Shown: piece after piece, positions 25,539 to 40,005 of the stretch | Position numbering within the stretch: position 1 is the first letter of the stretch | How the letters are laid out: each line of letters opens with the position of its first letter | Assembly: GCA_964016885.1 (NCBI GenBank) | Contig: OZ024741.1 | Coordinates: 412,362,001 to 412,426,000 of the forward strand | Reading direction: 5' to 3' | DNA: 64,000 nucleotides | Source: Eledone cirrhosa | Taxonomy: Eukaryota | Notes under the pieces: model-generated | What the model was told of the DNA's origin: nothing | Seen by the model: only the letters and a program-made list of their open reading frames with translations | Database searches by the model: none | Made by a program: the position numbers and the translations under genes

Positions 25539-28500
25539 TAGCAACTAACAGTGCTGCGATCGAATGTGGCTTTTTAGCCCAGCCAATGATCTAAAATGTC
25601 TTGAACAGAGTCGGCAACCAAAACATTCACTGGGAATAGTCGGCTGTGGTTGGAGTTCGTGTACTTTTGCATGTCGCTTGAGCCCTCCTGCTGATTTACA
25701 TTCTCTACCACATGTTTGGCAAGCATGATGAGTAGCATCTCCAACAGCAGCCTGGTAGTCAACCACTGGTCTTACTTTATGACTGCGAAGATGACTTTCG
25801 AGTCCAGCTTTGCTTAGGCAGAGTCTCGCACAGACGCTGCATGTCAGCACCACAAGAGGACCCTCGCCGTCTGGAAGTGCAACAGCAATGCCCTTCCTCA
25901 CGTCCCGCTTTACTTTCTCGTGTGCGATTCGAGATGCCTCAAAGGCAACTTTTCCCTCATATACAGTCTTTCTCCATTTATTACGATCAGCAGCAATATT
26001 CTCCCATGTATCAGCAGAGATGTTAGCGTCTTTCAGAGAGGCTTTCAAGGAATCCTTATACCTCTTTTTTGGTTTATGTGGCGGTCGTTTTCCTTTAACC
26101 AACTCTCCATAGAAGAGTTGTTTTGGTATTCTAGAATCCTTCATCCTGGCAAGGTGACCACTCCAACGGAGCCGTTGCTTAAGCACAAGAGCTTCTATAC
26201 TGTCACACATAGAGCTTTCCAAAATCTCGACATCACTGATGTGGTCCCTCCAGTGAACGCCATGGATCCGTCTGAGACACATCTGATAGAAACGCTCCAA
26301 TTGCTTAAGGTGGCGTCGATATGTGACCCAGGTCTCGCAGGCATAAAGAAGACAAGAGAGCACACATGTCCTGTACACCTTTACCTTTGTCCTCCTGCAT
26401 ATGTCTCGCCGACCCCAGAGTCGCCTTTCTAGCTTTCCGAAAGCATCACTTGCTTTCCTAATCCTAAGTGAGATTTCACTGTCAAGGTTGCCGTATCGAT
26501 TGACAGTGCTTCCAAGGTAGACAAACTGATGAACCACTCCAAGTCGTTTGCCATACACATAGATGTTTGGTTCAGTGTACTGCTTACTAGGGGCAGGTTG
26601 GTACATGACGACGGTTTTCTTGAGACTGACAGTCAAACCCAGAGCAGTGCAAGCGTCAGAAAATGCATTCAAAATGTGCTGCATATCACTCTCTGTGTGC
26701 GCTACAAGATCGCAATCATCTGCATACAAGAGGTCTCTTATGACTGATGTAAATACTTTTGTCTTCGCAGCAAAGCGCCTGCTGTTAAATATGCTGCCTG
26801 AGGTTCGATATCGGATGTAAACACCATGCTCGCAATTCCTGAATGCAATACAGAAAACCATTGCAAAGTATATGGCAAACAGGGTCGGTGCTGGAATATC
26901 CCCCTGTTTCACTCCATTTTTTACTGAGATAGGCTCCGACATGTTACCTCCGACATTAACCCAAGCCTTCATGTCGTCATGGAAAGACCTAACTAAAGAA
27001 AGGAACTTATCAGGGCAACCAAGTTTCTGGAGAACCTTCCATAATGCATCTCTGTTGACAGTATCGAAAGCCTTTGTCAGATCGACAAAAACCTGATACA
27101 GATCCAAGCCTTGTTCAATGCACTTCTCCTGGAGCTGTCTAACTGAGAAGATCATATCAGTAGTGCTGCGTCCAGCACGAAAACCAGATTGACTTTCAGG
27201 AAGGACACAATCTGCAATGTGTGTCAGCAGACGGTCCAGAAGCACCCTACATAAAACTTTCCCTACGACAGAAAGCAATGATATACCTCTGTAGTTCCCA
27301 CAATCATTCCTGTTACCCTTTCCCTTGTACAAGACCACCATTACTGCATCTCTCCAGTCCTCAGGCACGGATTCATTAGCCCATATCCTTCCAAACAAAG
27401 AGTGAAGATGTTGCAGGAGTCTCTCACCACCATATTGTAGGAGCTCAGCATGTATGTCATCCATACTTGGAGATCTTCCACTGTTCAGCTTCGAAATAGC
27501 CACTGCAACCTCCACAAGCGTCGGAGGTTCTGCGAGAGCTACTTTCACAGGACTTTCCGGAATGAGATTGAGGAAATCTTCACTGACGACAGACGGCTGA
27601 TTCAAAAGATCATCAAAGTGCTCTCGCCACCTTCGTAGAATTCCCTGTGAGTCACGAAGAAGTTCTTTGCCATCCTTGCTGCGAATCGGTGTCACCAGAG
27701 AAGAAGACGGTCCATAAACCTCACGCAAGAGACTGTACAACAGCTTTGTGTTATTGCAATCAGACGCAGTTTGTATCTCACCAGCCTTCTCACTCCACCA
27801 CTGATCCTTCATCTGAGAAAGACTTCGCCTAACACGTGATTTTACATCCCTGAGCTCCTCATGCAACGTATTCCTCTCCTGTGGTTTTGCCGTCAAGTAG
27901 CGTGACAGAGCACGCCTCTTATCAGCCAACAAGTCTTCTATATGTACATCATTCTCATTAAACCAGTCCTGATGTTTTCTCTGCACCAATCCCAGAACAC
28001 GTCTGCCTACATCATAAACCGACTTTTTAAGGGTCGGCCAATCCTCACCAAGATCTGCAGCCTGCATCTCTTCTTCCAATGTCCTCTTCACATTTTTATC
28101 CTTAAGACGAGCCGCATTCAATCTTTTGGGCAGGGTAACACCAGGAGCCCGGATTTTACGTTTGGTGATTAGATTCACTTTTGCGCGTACCAGGCGGTGG
28201 TCCGTCCAGCACTCAGCTCCACGAAGAACACGAACACACTGCACATCCTGTCTGTCACGCATCCAAAAGATGCCATTCCTTAGATGCAGGATGCATCCAT
28301 GTGGTCTTGAATTTGTTCTTTTGTTGGAACATGGTGTTGGTAACACACAGATCCAGCTCCTCACACATCTGCAGCAAGAGCATACCATTGCTGTTACACT
28401 TTCCCACCCCATGCCTTCCGATTACATTCCATGTGTTAAAATCCCTACCCACTCTAGCATTAAAGTCACCAAGCACGATGACTTTGTCTGCCTGAGGGAT

Positions 28501-29085
28501 ATTTGTTAGAACACCTTTCAAGGCATGGTAAAAGGACAGTTTTTCTTCATCGACAGAATTCATAGTTGGAGCATACACACTCACCAGGGTAGCATATCTT
28601 CCCTTGTCCAGCGGAACTCTCATGGACATAAGACGCTCACTAATCCCTACTGGGAATTCTTCTAATTTATTCACAAGTACAGTCTTAACAGCAAATCCTA
28701 CCCCAGCCTCTCTTCTGGTTCCTTCATCTCTTCCTTTCCAGAAGAATGTATATTCTCCACAAAATTCCGTAAGATGACCATCTCCAGCTAACCTCGTCTC
28801 AGATAAAGCCACGATGTCAAGATCGTAACGTCGAAGCTCCTTTGCAACAAGAGCGGTCCTTCGTTCAGGACGCTCCAAAGAATCCCTGTCAAGCAACGTC
28901 CGTACGTTCCAGCAGCCAAGACTAAATGCCCTGTTTGGCTCTATTACAATGGCACGATGACGGGCGGGCCCAGGTTGTGATAACTTGGGGCCCCTGCCCT
29001 TATTGCCAATGATCTTTTTTGTTCCAGAACCTAAATTGGCAATTATCTCGTTTACATTGTTCTGGAACATCATTGAATTGGAAAA
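25076..29085 (-). mobile_element. Near full-length RTE LINE (APE-RT-3xC2H2), copy 1, one frameshift
   Basis: APE in 28255-29073 (CWNVRTL, SETR, GDFNARVG). RT in 25545-28260 (QSGFRAGRST, FVDLTKAFD, GVKQG, YADD). A 3' stem-loop at 25076-25110 is separated from the stop codon by microsatellites. Confidence 0.93.
25545..28260 (-). CDS. RTE ORF, RT and zinc-finger portion (open; true start lost to the frameshift)
   Basis: Within the 955-aa ORF; RTE homology begins at RDRQDV. Confidence 0.8.
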
Positions 29086-29814
29086 AAAAAACAAAAAACA
29101 TATATACTTATATATATACATACATACATATATTCTTATATATATATACATACATACATATATACTTATATATATACATACATACATATATACTTATATA
29201 TATACATATATACTTATATATAAACATACATACATATTTACTTATATATATACATACATATATACGCATGCATGTTTGTATGTCTGTGTGTATATATATC
29301 TTTACGATTACGTCTATGTGCACACTTAAATGTAAGCGTGCGCGTGTATGTGAGCATATGTATGTGTATACGTGCGTGTATAGGCAGATGTGTGTTTGTA
29401 TGTATACACATGTTTGTATGTGTTTGTGTGGATATATATATATATGTTTGTATATATATATATATATATATATATATACGATATATTAACAAATGGAAAC
29501 TATATTTATAAAACCATATTTATTTCATTATACATATTTCAAGGACACCAAGTTAAATTATGGTGTGCTTTCATCAGATAAAATATAATATAGATCAGTT
29601 TTATAAATAAATATTGACATACCCTTAAAGAATGCGATCATTTCTCTTGGAAGCTCCCGGATAGTGGGGTTATTAAATTTATTTAGTCTATTATGCAAGT
29701 TCGTGTCGGATATGTTTAAATCACAGTAGATATGTTTAAATCATTTGTTGAGTGCTTTATATCAGTTATAAAAATATTTGCTTGTTGTATCCCAACAATT
29801 TAAATAGAACTTCT

Positions 29815-29866
<52 letters not shown>

Positions 29867-30394
29867 GTATATATATGTGTGTGTATGTGTAGATATATAT
29901 ATATATTCATATGTGTATGTATGGAGAGATGTGTGACGTGTGCCTGTGTGCGCGCATATGTGAGCAAAAGATCGCATGTATATGTGTGTATTTGCATTTC
30001 CATGTAGACGCACATATACTTATGAGGGAATGTATAAGTTTACGTACTATTACGTATATGCGTGACTTATACATTCCCACATGTGTATGTTTATGTATTT
30101 AGATATTTATATATTTTTTCCCCTCAATTTATGCCCGTTATTTTATTTCAGCCTCACTTTCATTTATCCTAAACTCTGTTTTCAAATCCATATCCCATTC
30201 AATAATAAACTTATTCTGATGAATGAAGACAGACATAAGTGTCAAGCTCTTCAAGAAACCATTGGTAAATGAATTAATTTTCTTATGTTGTTTATTACAT
30301 AACTATATCTATATGCATATAAATTTGTGTATAATACCAATATGCACACTAATATGCTAGCAGAAAACCGCCCAAGGCGGTTTTTCTGCTAGTG

Positions 30395-30425
<31 letters not shown>

Positions 30426-30455
30426 TCACACACACACACGCACACACACAGACAC

Positions 30456-30490
<35 letters not shown>

Positions 30491-33400
30491 CACAGAAACA
30501 CATACTTTAAAAAACATTTACATACGAAAATGCGATAAAAAGATTATAATTTCAAAACAGTGCTGCGATCGAATGTGGCTTTTTAGCCCAGCCAATGATC
30601 TAAAATGTCTTGAACAGAGTCGGCAACCAAAACATTCACTGGGAATAGTCGGCTGTGGTTGGAGTTCGTGTACTTTTGCATGTCGCTTGAGCCCTCCTGC
30701 TGATTTACATTCTCTACCACATGTTTGGCAAGCATGATGAGTAGCATCTCCAACAGCAGCCTGGTAGTCAACCACTGGTCTTACTTTATGACTGCGAAGA
30801 TGACTTTCGAGTCCAGCTTTGCTTAGGCAGAGTCTCGCACAGACGCTGCATGTCAGCACCACAAGAGGACCCTCGCCGTCTGGAAGTGCAACAGCAATGC
30901 CCTTCCTCACGTCCCGCTTTACTTTCTCGTGTGCGATTCGAGATGCCTCAAAGGCAACTTTTCCCTCATATACAGTCTTTCTCCATTTATTACGATCAGC
31001 AGCAATATTCTCCCATGTATCAGCAGAGATGTTAGCGTCTTTCAGAGAGGCTTTCAAGGAATCCTTATACCTCTTTTTTGGTTTATGTGGCGGTCGTTTT
31101 CCTTTAACCAACTCTCCATAGAAGAGTTGTTTTGGTATTCTAGAATCCTTCATCCTGGCAAGGTGACCACTCCAACGGAGCCGTTGCTTAAGCACAAGAG
31201 CTTCTATACTGTCACACATAGAGCTTTCCAAAATCTCGACATCACTGATGTGGTCCCTCCAGTGAACGCCATGGATCCGTCTGAGACACATCTGATAGAA
31301 ACGCTCCAATTGCTTAAGGTGGCGTCGATATGTGACCCAGGTCTCGCAGGCATAAAGAAGACAAGAGAGCACACATGTCCTGTACACCTTTACCTTTGTC
31401 CTCCTGCATATGTCTCGCCGACCCCAGAGTCGCCTTTCTAGCTTTCCGAAAGCATCACTTGCTTTCCTAATCCTAAGTGAGATTTCACTGTCAAGGTTGC
31501 CGTATCGATTGACAGTGCTTCCAAGGTAGACAAACTGATGAACCACTCCAAGTCGTTTGCCATACACATAGATGTTTGGTTCAGTGTACTGCTTACTAGG
31601 GGCAGGTTGGTACATGACGACGGTTTTCTTGAGACTGACAGTCAAACCCAGAGCAGTGCAAGCGTCAGAAAATGCATTCAAAATGTGCTGCATATCACTC
31701 TCTGTGTGCGCTACAAGATCGCAATCATCTGCATACAAGAGGTCTCTTATGACTGATGTAAATACTTTTGTCTTCGCAGCAAAGCGCCTGCTGTTAAATA
31801 TGCTGCCTGAGGTTCGATATCGGATGTAAACACCATGCTCGCAATTCCTGAATGCAATACAGAAAACCATTGCAAAGTATATGGCAAACAGGGTCGGTGC
31901 TGGAATATCCCCCTGTTTCACTCCATTTTTTACTGAGATAGGCTCCGACATGTTACCTCCGACATTAACCCAAGCCTTCATGTCGTCATGGAAAGACCTA
32001 ACTAAAGAAAGGAACTTATCAGGGCAACCAAGTTTCTGGAGAACCTTCCATAATGCATCTCTGTTGACAGTATCGAAAGCCTTTGTCAGATCGACAAAAA
32101 CCTGATACAGATCCAAGCCTTGTTCAATGCACTTCTCCTGGAGCTGTCTAACTGAGAAGATCATATCAGTAGTGCTGCGTCCAGCACGAAAACCAGATTG
32201 ACTTTCAGGAAGGACACAATCTGCAATGTGTGTCAGCAGACGGTCCAGAAGCACCCTACATAAAACTTTCCCTACGACAGAAAGCAATGATATACCTCTG
32301 TAGTTCCCACAATCATTCCTGTTACCCTTTCCCTTGTACAAGACCACCATTACTGCATCTCTCCAGTCCTCAGGCACGGATTCATTAGCCCATATCCTTC
32401 CAAACAAAGAGTGAAGATGTTGCAGGAGTCTCTCACCACCATATTGTAGGAGCTCAGCATGTATGTCATCCATACTTGGAGATCTTCCACTGTTCAGCTT
32501 CGAAATAGCCACTGCAACCTCCACAAGCGTCGGAGGTTCTGCGAGAGCTACTTTCACAGGACTTTCCGGAATGAGATTGAGGAAATCTTCACTGACGACA
32601 GACGGCTGATTCAAAAGATCATCAAAGTGCTCTCGCCACCTTCGTAGAATTCCCTGTGAGTCACGAAGAAGTTCTTTGCCATCCTTGCTGCGAATCGGTG
32701 TCACCAGAGAAGAAGACGGTCCATAAACCTCACGCAAGAGACTGTACAACAGCTTTGTGTTATTGCAATCAGACGCAGTTTGTATCTCACCAGCCTTCTC
32801 ACTCCACCACTGATCCTTCATCTGAGAAAGACTTCGCCTAACACGTGATTTTACATCCCTGAGCTCCTCATGCAACGTATTCCTCTCCTGTGGTTTTGCC
32901 GTCAAGTAGCGTGACAGAGCACGCCTCTTATCAGCCAACAAGTCTTCTATATGTACATCATTCTCATTAAACCAGTCCTGATGTTTTCTCTGCACCAATC
33001 CCAGAACACGTCTGCCTACATCATAAACCGACTTTTTAAGGGTCGGCCAATCCTCACCAAGATCTGCAGCCTGCATCTCTTCTTCCAATGTCCTCTTCAC
33101 ATTTTTATCCTTAAGACGAGCCGCATTCAATCTTTTGGGCAGGGTAACACCAGGAGCCCGGATTTTACGTTTGGTGATTAGATTCACTTTTGCGCGTACC
33201 AGGCGGTGGTCCGTCCAGCACTCAGCTCCACGAAGAACACGAACACACTGCACATCCTGTCTGTCACGCATCCAAAAGATGCCATTCCTTAGATGCAGGA
33301 TGCATCCATGTGGTCTTGAATTTGTTCTTTTGTTGGAACATGGTGTTGGTAACACACAGATCCAGCTCCTCACACATCTGCAGCAAGAGCATACCATTGC

Positions 33401-34457
33401 TGTTACACTTTCCCACCCCATGCCTTCCGATTACATTCCATGTGTTAAAATCCCTACCCACTCTAGCATTAAAGTCACCAAGCACGATGACTTTGTCTGC
33501 CTGAGGGATATTTGTTAGAACACCTTTCAAGGCATGGTAAAAGGACAGTTTTTCTTCATCGACAGAATTCATAGTTGGAGCATACACACTCACCAGGGTA
33601 GCATATCTTCCCTTGTCCAGCGGAACTCTCATGGACATAAGACGCTCACTAATCCCTACTGGGAATTCTTCTAATTTATTCACAAGTACAGTCTTAACAG
33701 CAAATCCTACCCCAGCCTCTCTTCTGGTTCCTTCATCTCTTCCTTTCCAGAAGAATGTATATTCTCCACAAAATTCCGTAAGATGACCATCTCCAGCTAA
33801 CCTCGTCTCAGATAAAGCCACGATGTCAAGATCGTAACGTCGAAGCTCCTTTGCAACAAGAGCGGTCCTTCGTTCAGGACGCTCCAAAGAATCCCTGTCA
33901 AGCAACGTCCGTACGTTCCAGCAGCCAAGACTAAATGCCCTGTTTGGCTCTATTACAATGGCACGATGACGGGCGGGCCCAGGTTGTGATAACTTGGGGC
34001 CCCTGCCCTTATTGCCAATGATCTTTTTTGTTCCAGAACCTAAATTGGCAATTATCTCGTTTACATTGTTCTGGAACATCATTGAATTGGAAAAAAAAAA
34101 CAAAAAACATATATACTTATATATATACATACATACATATATTCTTATATATATATACATACATACATATATACTTATATATATACATACATACATATAT
34201 ACTTATATATATACATATATACTTATATATAAACATACATACATATTTACTTATATATATACATACATATATACGCATGCATGTTTGTATGTCTGTGTGT
34301 ATATATATCTTTACGATTACGTCTATGTGCACACTTAAATGTAAGCGTGCGCGTGTATGTGAGCATATGTATGTGTATACGTGCGTGTATAGGCAGATGT
34401 GTGTTTGTATGTATACACATGTTTGTATGTGTTTGTGTGGATATATATATATATGTT

Positions 34458-34492
<35 letters not shown>

Positions 34493-34827
34493 GATATATT
34501 AACAAATGGAAACTATATTTATAAAACCATATTTATTTCATTATACATATTTCAAGGACACCAAGTTAAATTATGGTGTGCTTTCATCAGATAAAATATA
34601 ATATAGATCAGTTTTATAAATAAATATTGACATACCCTTAAAGAATGCGATCATTTCTCTTGGAAGCTCCCGGATAGTGGGGTTATTAAATTTATTTAGT
34701 CTATTATGCAAGTTCGTGTCGGATATGTTTAAATCACAGTAGATATGTTTAAATCATTTGTTGAGTGCTTTATATCAGTTATAAAAATATTTGCTTGTTG
34801 TATCCCAACAATTTAAATAGAACTTCT

Positions 34828-34877
<50 letters not shown>

Positions 34878-35407
34878 ATGTATATATATGTGTGTGTATG
34901 TGTAGATATATATATATATTCATATGTGTATGTATGGAGAGATGTGTGACGTGTGCCTGTGTGCGCGCATATGTGAGCAAAAGATCGCATGTATATGTGT
35001 GTATTTGCATTTCCATGTAGACGCACATATACTTATGAGGGAATGTATAAGTTTACGTACTATTACGTATATGCGTGACTTATACATTCCCACATGTGTA
35101 TGTTTATGTATTTAGATATTTATATATTTTTTCCCCTCAATTTATGCCCGTTATTTTATTTCAGCCTCACTTTCATTTATCCTAAACTCTGTTTTCAAAT
35201 CCATATCCCATTCAATAATAAACTTATTCTGATGAATGAAGACAGACATAAGTGTCAAGCTCTTCAAGAAACCATTGGTAAATGAATTAATTTTCTTATG
35301 TTGTTTATTACATAACTATATCTATATGCATATAAATTTGTGTATAATACCAATATGCACACTAATATGCTAGCAGAAAACCGCCCAAGGCGGTTTTTCT
35401 GCTAGTG

Positions 35408-35438
<31 letters not shown>

Positions 35439-35468
35439 TCACACACACACACGCACACACACAGACAC

Positions 35469-35503
<35 letters not shown>

Positions 35504-35568
35504 CACAGAAACACATACTTTAAAAAACATTTACATACGAAAATGCGATAAAAAGATTATAATTTCAA
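25547..35568. repeat. Near-identical 5.0-kb tandem duplication (25547-30555 / 30556-35568)
   Basis: ORFs repeat with an offset of 5009. Differences were seen only in microsatellite lengths. Confidence 0.97.
30556..34094 (-). mobile_element. RTE LINE copy 2 (3' end cut by the duplication junction)
   Basis: ORFs 30518-33421 and 33264-34196 are identical to copy 1, except for read-through FEIIIFLSHFRM. Confidence 0.93.
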
Positions 35569-35648
35569 GGGAGCTAACTCTATGTTTTATGATTCCTCTC
35601 TGGGAGTGACACAACGCTGAATTATAGGACCTTGTCTAAGTGTATGGT

Positions 35649-35713
<65 letters not shown>

Positions 35714-36383
35714 GTAAGAGAGAGAGAGGGGGGGGGGGAGAGGAAAAGTGAAAGAGAGAGAAAGCGAGACTAAAATAAGAGGTAATATATATGTATATAT
35801 TTATATAGATATAACAAAGAGTATCTAGTTTATGCTAGAAAGAGCAGCACAATTCTTTTTAAATTCCTGTCCACACAGCTGCCATAAATAGCAGCTGTGA
35901 TATCACAGAGGGCCTTGTTTAACACCTACTACTACGAAAATATATATTTTTGAGTTGGGAGGTAATGTAACAAAGAGTATCTACATTATGCTAGAAATAG
36001 CAGCTAAATACCCCTTAAATTATTGACCAAACCACTATAAATAGCAGCAGTGACATCACAGGGCCTTGTTTAACACTACCAAAATATATATTCTTGAGTA
36101 GGGAGATAATATAACAAAGAATATCTAGTTTATGGTAGAAATTGCAGCTAAATTATCTTTAAATTCCTCTACAAGCCACCATAAATAGCAGCTGTGGTAG
36201 CACAGAGGGTCTTGTTTAACACTTACTACTAACAAAAAAAATATTTTGTTTTCGGCAGAAGTAATGTAACCAAGGGGATCTTATTTATGCTAGAAATAAC
36301 AACTAAGTTCAATTTAATTCCTGTCCTAACAACCATAAATAGTAGTTGTGACATCACAGTCCTTGTTTATCTCCTACTACAAC

Positions 36384-39200
36384 CATGCGCATCACATGTC
36401 TATACCAATGCAGACTTCTTTCCCACACACTACAGCTTATCCCTCTTATACACAGTTTCTTTCTCAAATCGTCTTTGCTGGGTCGTTCACACATATTGAC
36501 ATTGCACATCCAATGGAGCATGCTTGCTTCACTTCTCTCCAGCCGTCACATATCCTCCACAGTTGCTGCCCATGTCTCACTACCATGCAGCATTGTGCAT
36601 CTCACACAGGCATCATATAACCGACCTTTCGGTCATAGGGAGAAACCCTTCTTTGTCAACAGAGTTAGCTATTCCTTAAAATTCTTCCAACCCATCCTTC
36701 TTCTAGATACTATGGCCTCAGAGCACCCTCCACCCTTGCTAATCTGATCACCTAGATATCGGAAGCTATCAACCACCTCTATAGATCCTACCTGCATTTG
36801 AAAAATATCTCTATCACTGTGACTTCTAATGTCAAATTTCCCTGAACATCTACTGCATATGAAGTATTCCCTAACTGTTAGTTTGCCTGTTATCCCACTA
36901 CATTTCTTGTGTACCCACGATCTGCATTGTGTACATTTTGTAGAATTTATCCCAACTCCTTTTCTACATATCGAACATGGCCATTTCCTTGATGGAATCA
37001 GAGTTTTGTCCTCTTTTCTACTCATCAACACTTTTGTCTTAGCTAGGTTCACTCTCAGTCCTCTTGATTCGAACTGCTGTTTCCATAGCCAGATTTTATT
37101 CTCTAACACCTCTATTGATTCTGCTATAAGTAATAGATCGTCAGCATAGAGAAGTTCCCATGCACATCCAGTCTTAAACTCTTCTGTTATGGCTTGGAGA
37201 ACTATAATGAACAAGAGCGGGCTGAGGACCGAACACTATTTCTACGCCTACTTGTATCTGGAATTCCTCACTAAACTCCATTCCTACTCTCACTGTACTG
37301 ACAGCACACCCTGTACATCATTTTTACTGTCCTCACAAACCATTCCTCTACACCTACTTTCCTTAGGGACCACCAGATAACAGATTGGGGTACTCCATCA
37401 AAGGCCTTCTCTAGGTCAACAAAAGCTAAGTATAGTGGTTTATTCTACTCTAAGAACCTCTCTTGTAGTTGTCTCACCAAGAAGAGGGAATCTGTTGTAC
37501 TTGTCCCAGGCACAAAACCAAACTGCATCTCATCTAATTTTACCCTTTCTCTAATTAGTTGCGCTACTATTCATTCTGCCACTCTCATAACCTGATCAGT
37601 TTTATGCCCATATAATTGCTCCTCTCCAGAGCATCCCCTTTACCTTTGTAACAATTTATAAGAATACTGTTGCACCAGTCTTTGGGTATGACTCCACCAT
37701 ATATAGCCTAATTGATGATGGGTGCAACCAGTTTAGTTCCTACTCCTGATGCCTTCAGCATCTCAGCAACTATACCTGATGGTTCAGCGGCCTTACCACT
37801 TTTCATTTCCTTAATTGCATCTTTGACCCTATAATCATCAATCTCAATAGCTAGTACCTCTGTCGGGTCTACTGGGGGTAGTTTCTCTCTCTCCCATTTG
37901 TTCTCAACATTCATCACTTTCTCATAATGACATTTTCTGAGCATCAGTGACACTAAGTACACCCGCATCATTTCGGATACACTTATCTCCAACAACATCT
38001 TGATTTACACTGGCACACTGCCTTGCAATGTGGAGAACACTGCACGTCTCTGATCTTCTCATTGCAGAACATTGGCAAACCTCCTGCTCTCAGCTTCCCT
38101 GTGTGCTAAGTACACCTGACATCTAGCTTCTCTCTTAGCAGCTGAGTATTGGACTCTACTCCATCATTTTTCCAATCCTTCCATGCTAGTCTTTTGTCTT
38201 TAATGGCACTATCTACTGTGCTGTTCCACCACTAGGTCACCCTCTGTCTGTTTGGAGCTCTGCTCCAACCTCAAGTTTCTTCAGTAGCCTGCAGTAAGTT
38301 GTCACATAAGAAATTCCAGTTATTATCTTGGCAGTATCGGTAGAGGGTCGGACGCCATGCTTTCCAGCATAGTTACGTCCCTTTACGATCTGAGTTCAAA
38401 TCCCGCCAAGGTTGACTTTGCCTTTCATCCTTACGGGGTCGATAAAATAAAGTACCAGTAATGCACTGGGTAATTGCTGGCCTTGTGCCTAAAGTAGAAA
38501 CAATTATCTATGTCATACAATTCTAACTCATCTTGTTTTTTGTCATACACATCTTGAAGGGCTTTCCTAAATTTATATTTTAGTGAAAGGTCCTTTAGCT
38601 TCCAGACCTTCCTTTTCTACACCTTCCTGTGTGTCTCATTTTGTCTCTTGCTTTCTTATTGAGATGTCACTAACGACTAACCTATGTTGGGGGGGAGGGG
38701 GGGGGACATTCTTCCCCAGGGTATTCCTTAGTATTTGACACTGTCTGTCTCGTTGCCTAACTAGCAAAAAGTCAATCTGGCTTATGTGCTCACCTGATTG
38801 GTAGGTTATTAGGTGGTTAGTAGGTTTGTTGAAGTTAGTGTTGTAAGTGGTCAGTTCACTTGCATCACAAAATTCAAGAAGTCTCACTCCTTCTTCGTTT
38901 CTTGAGCCATAACCATGACCACCATGTACCCCAGTGTATCCATCCTGGAGCTGTCCAACATGACCCTTGAAGTCTCCTGTTAGTATAACGATATCTCTGT
39001 CCTCTGTCATTGTGGTTGTTTCTAAAAGTTGCTCATAAAGCAGTCCTTCTCTTCTTTACCTTGGCCCGCCTGAGGAGCATAGGTAGAGATAATTGTCAGC
39101 AGTCTCTTGCCTACAACTAATCTAATCTTAATTATACTATTACTGACTCTAACTACTTCTATTGTCTTATTGATTCACGTCTCGACCAGTAAAATGCCTA
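36384..39200 (-). mobile_element. Degenerate RTE-type LINE (APE + RT + Cys-rich insert)
   Basis: GDFKGHVG; SGKAAEPSGIVAEML; ELLYADDL; WPCSICRKGVG..CTQC..WVHKKC. Confidence 0.9.
38329..38502 (+). mobile_element. tRNA-derived SINE with 7-bp TSD (attatct)
   Basis: A-box-like tggcagtatcggt, B-box gagttcaaatccc; attatct at 38322-38328 and 38503-38509. Confidence 0.85.
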
Positions 39201-39254
39201 CAAACTAATGTAACAAAGAATACCTAGATTATGATAGAAATAGCAGATGAATTA

Positions 39255-40005
39255 TGATAATGATAATGAAATTGTGTACAGTGCTCAGGTGCACTACAAC
39301 TCATCAAAGGTGCATGTATAGTACATAGAATAATGTACAAATTTCAGGAAAAGGAAAGGTGTATGAGTCGTGATATACATGTGTGTATGTGTATGGAGGG
39401 GCAATATCAGGTGTAGTGTTGGCGAATCTCAGGAAGTATGGACGTTTTAAAGGATGCAGTGTCTCGGCAGCTAACAACTGATGCTGGTAATTTGTTCCAT
39501 ACTTCAGCAACTCTGAGAATGAAATAATGTTTCTGAAAGTCATGGGAGCTGTGCTGTTTTCTGACTTTGTAGGCATGCCCACGTGTGTTAGACACATGGA
39601 AATCAAAAAGGTATTCAGGGTTGTTGTTGGTAAGATGGTTAATAATTTTGTGGGTGTTTACCAAGTCAGTTGCCAGACGTCAGAGCTTCAATGTATCCAT
39701 GCCCAGGGAAGCAAGGCGTTCAGAGTATGGTAGATGCCTGATGGAGGGTATTTGCTTGGTTGCACGTCTCTGAACAGTTTCCAGGAGGTCAATGTTCTGA
39801 GCAAGATAGGGGTTCCAGGCTAGTGATGCAAATTCTAAGTGTGGCCGCATTGTAGCTATATACAGCTTTAAATAGATATCTGGAGAGCGGCTGACAAAGG
39901 TCTTGCTGAGTGATGCTAAGACACTCTCGGCCTTCTTAACAATTTTAGGGACGTGCTTCGTCCAACGCAAATCGCTGCTGACAGTAATGCCCAGGTCATG
40001 TTCAC
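39255..40005 (-). mobile_element. CR1-clade LINE 3' fragment
   Basis: DLGITV...RPHLEFASLAWNPY...LETVQRRATK...YSERL; TRGHAYK; WNKLP; (CATTAT) tail. Confidence 0.88.

Noticed and set aside
28261-28412. MGWESV... start of the 955-aa ORF
   Set aside because: It is an out-of-frame reading of the APE domain upstream of the frameshift.
30357-30392. Rho-independent terminator
   Set aside because: The DNA is eukaryotic and no prokaryotic gene is nearby.
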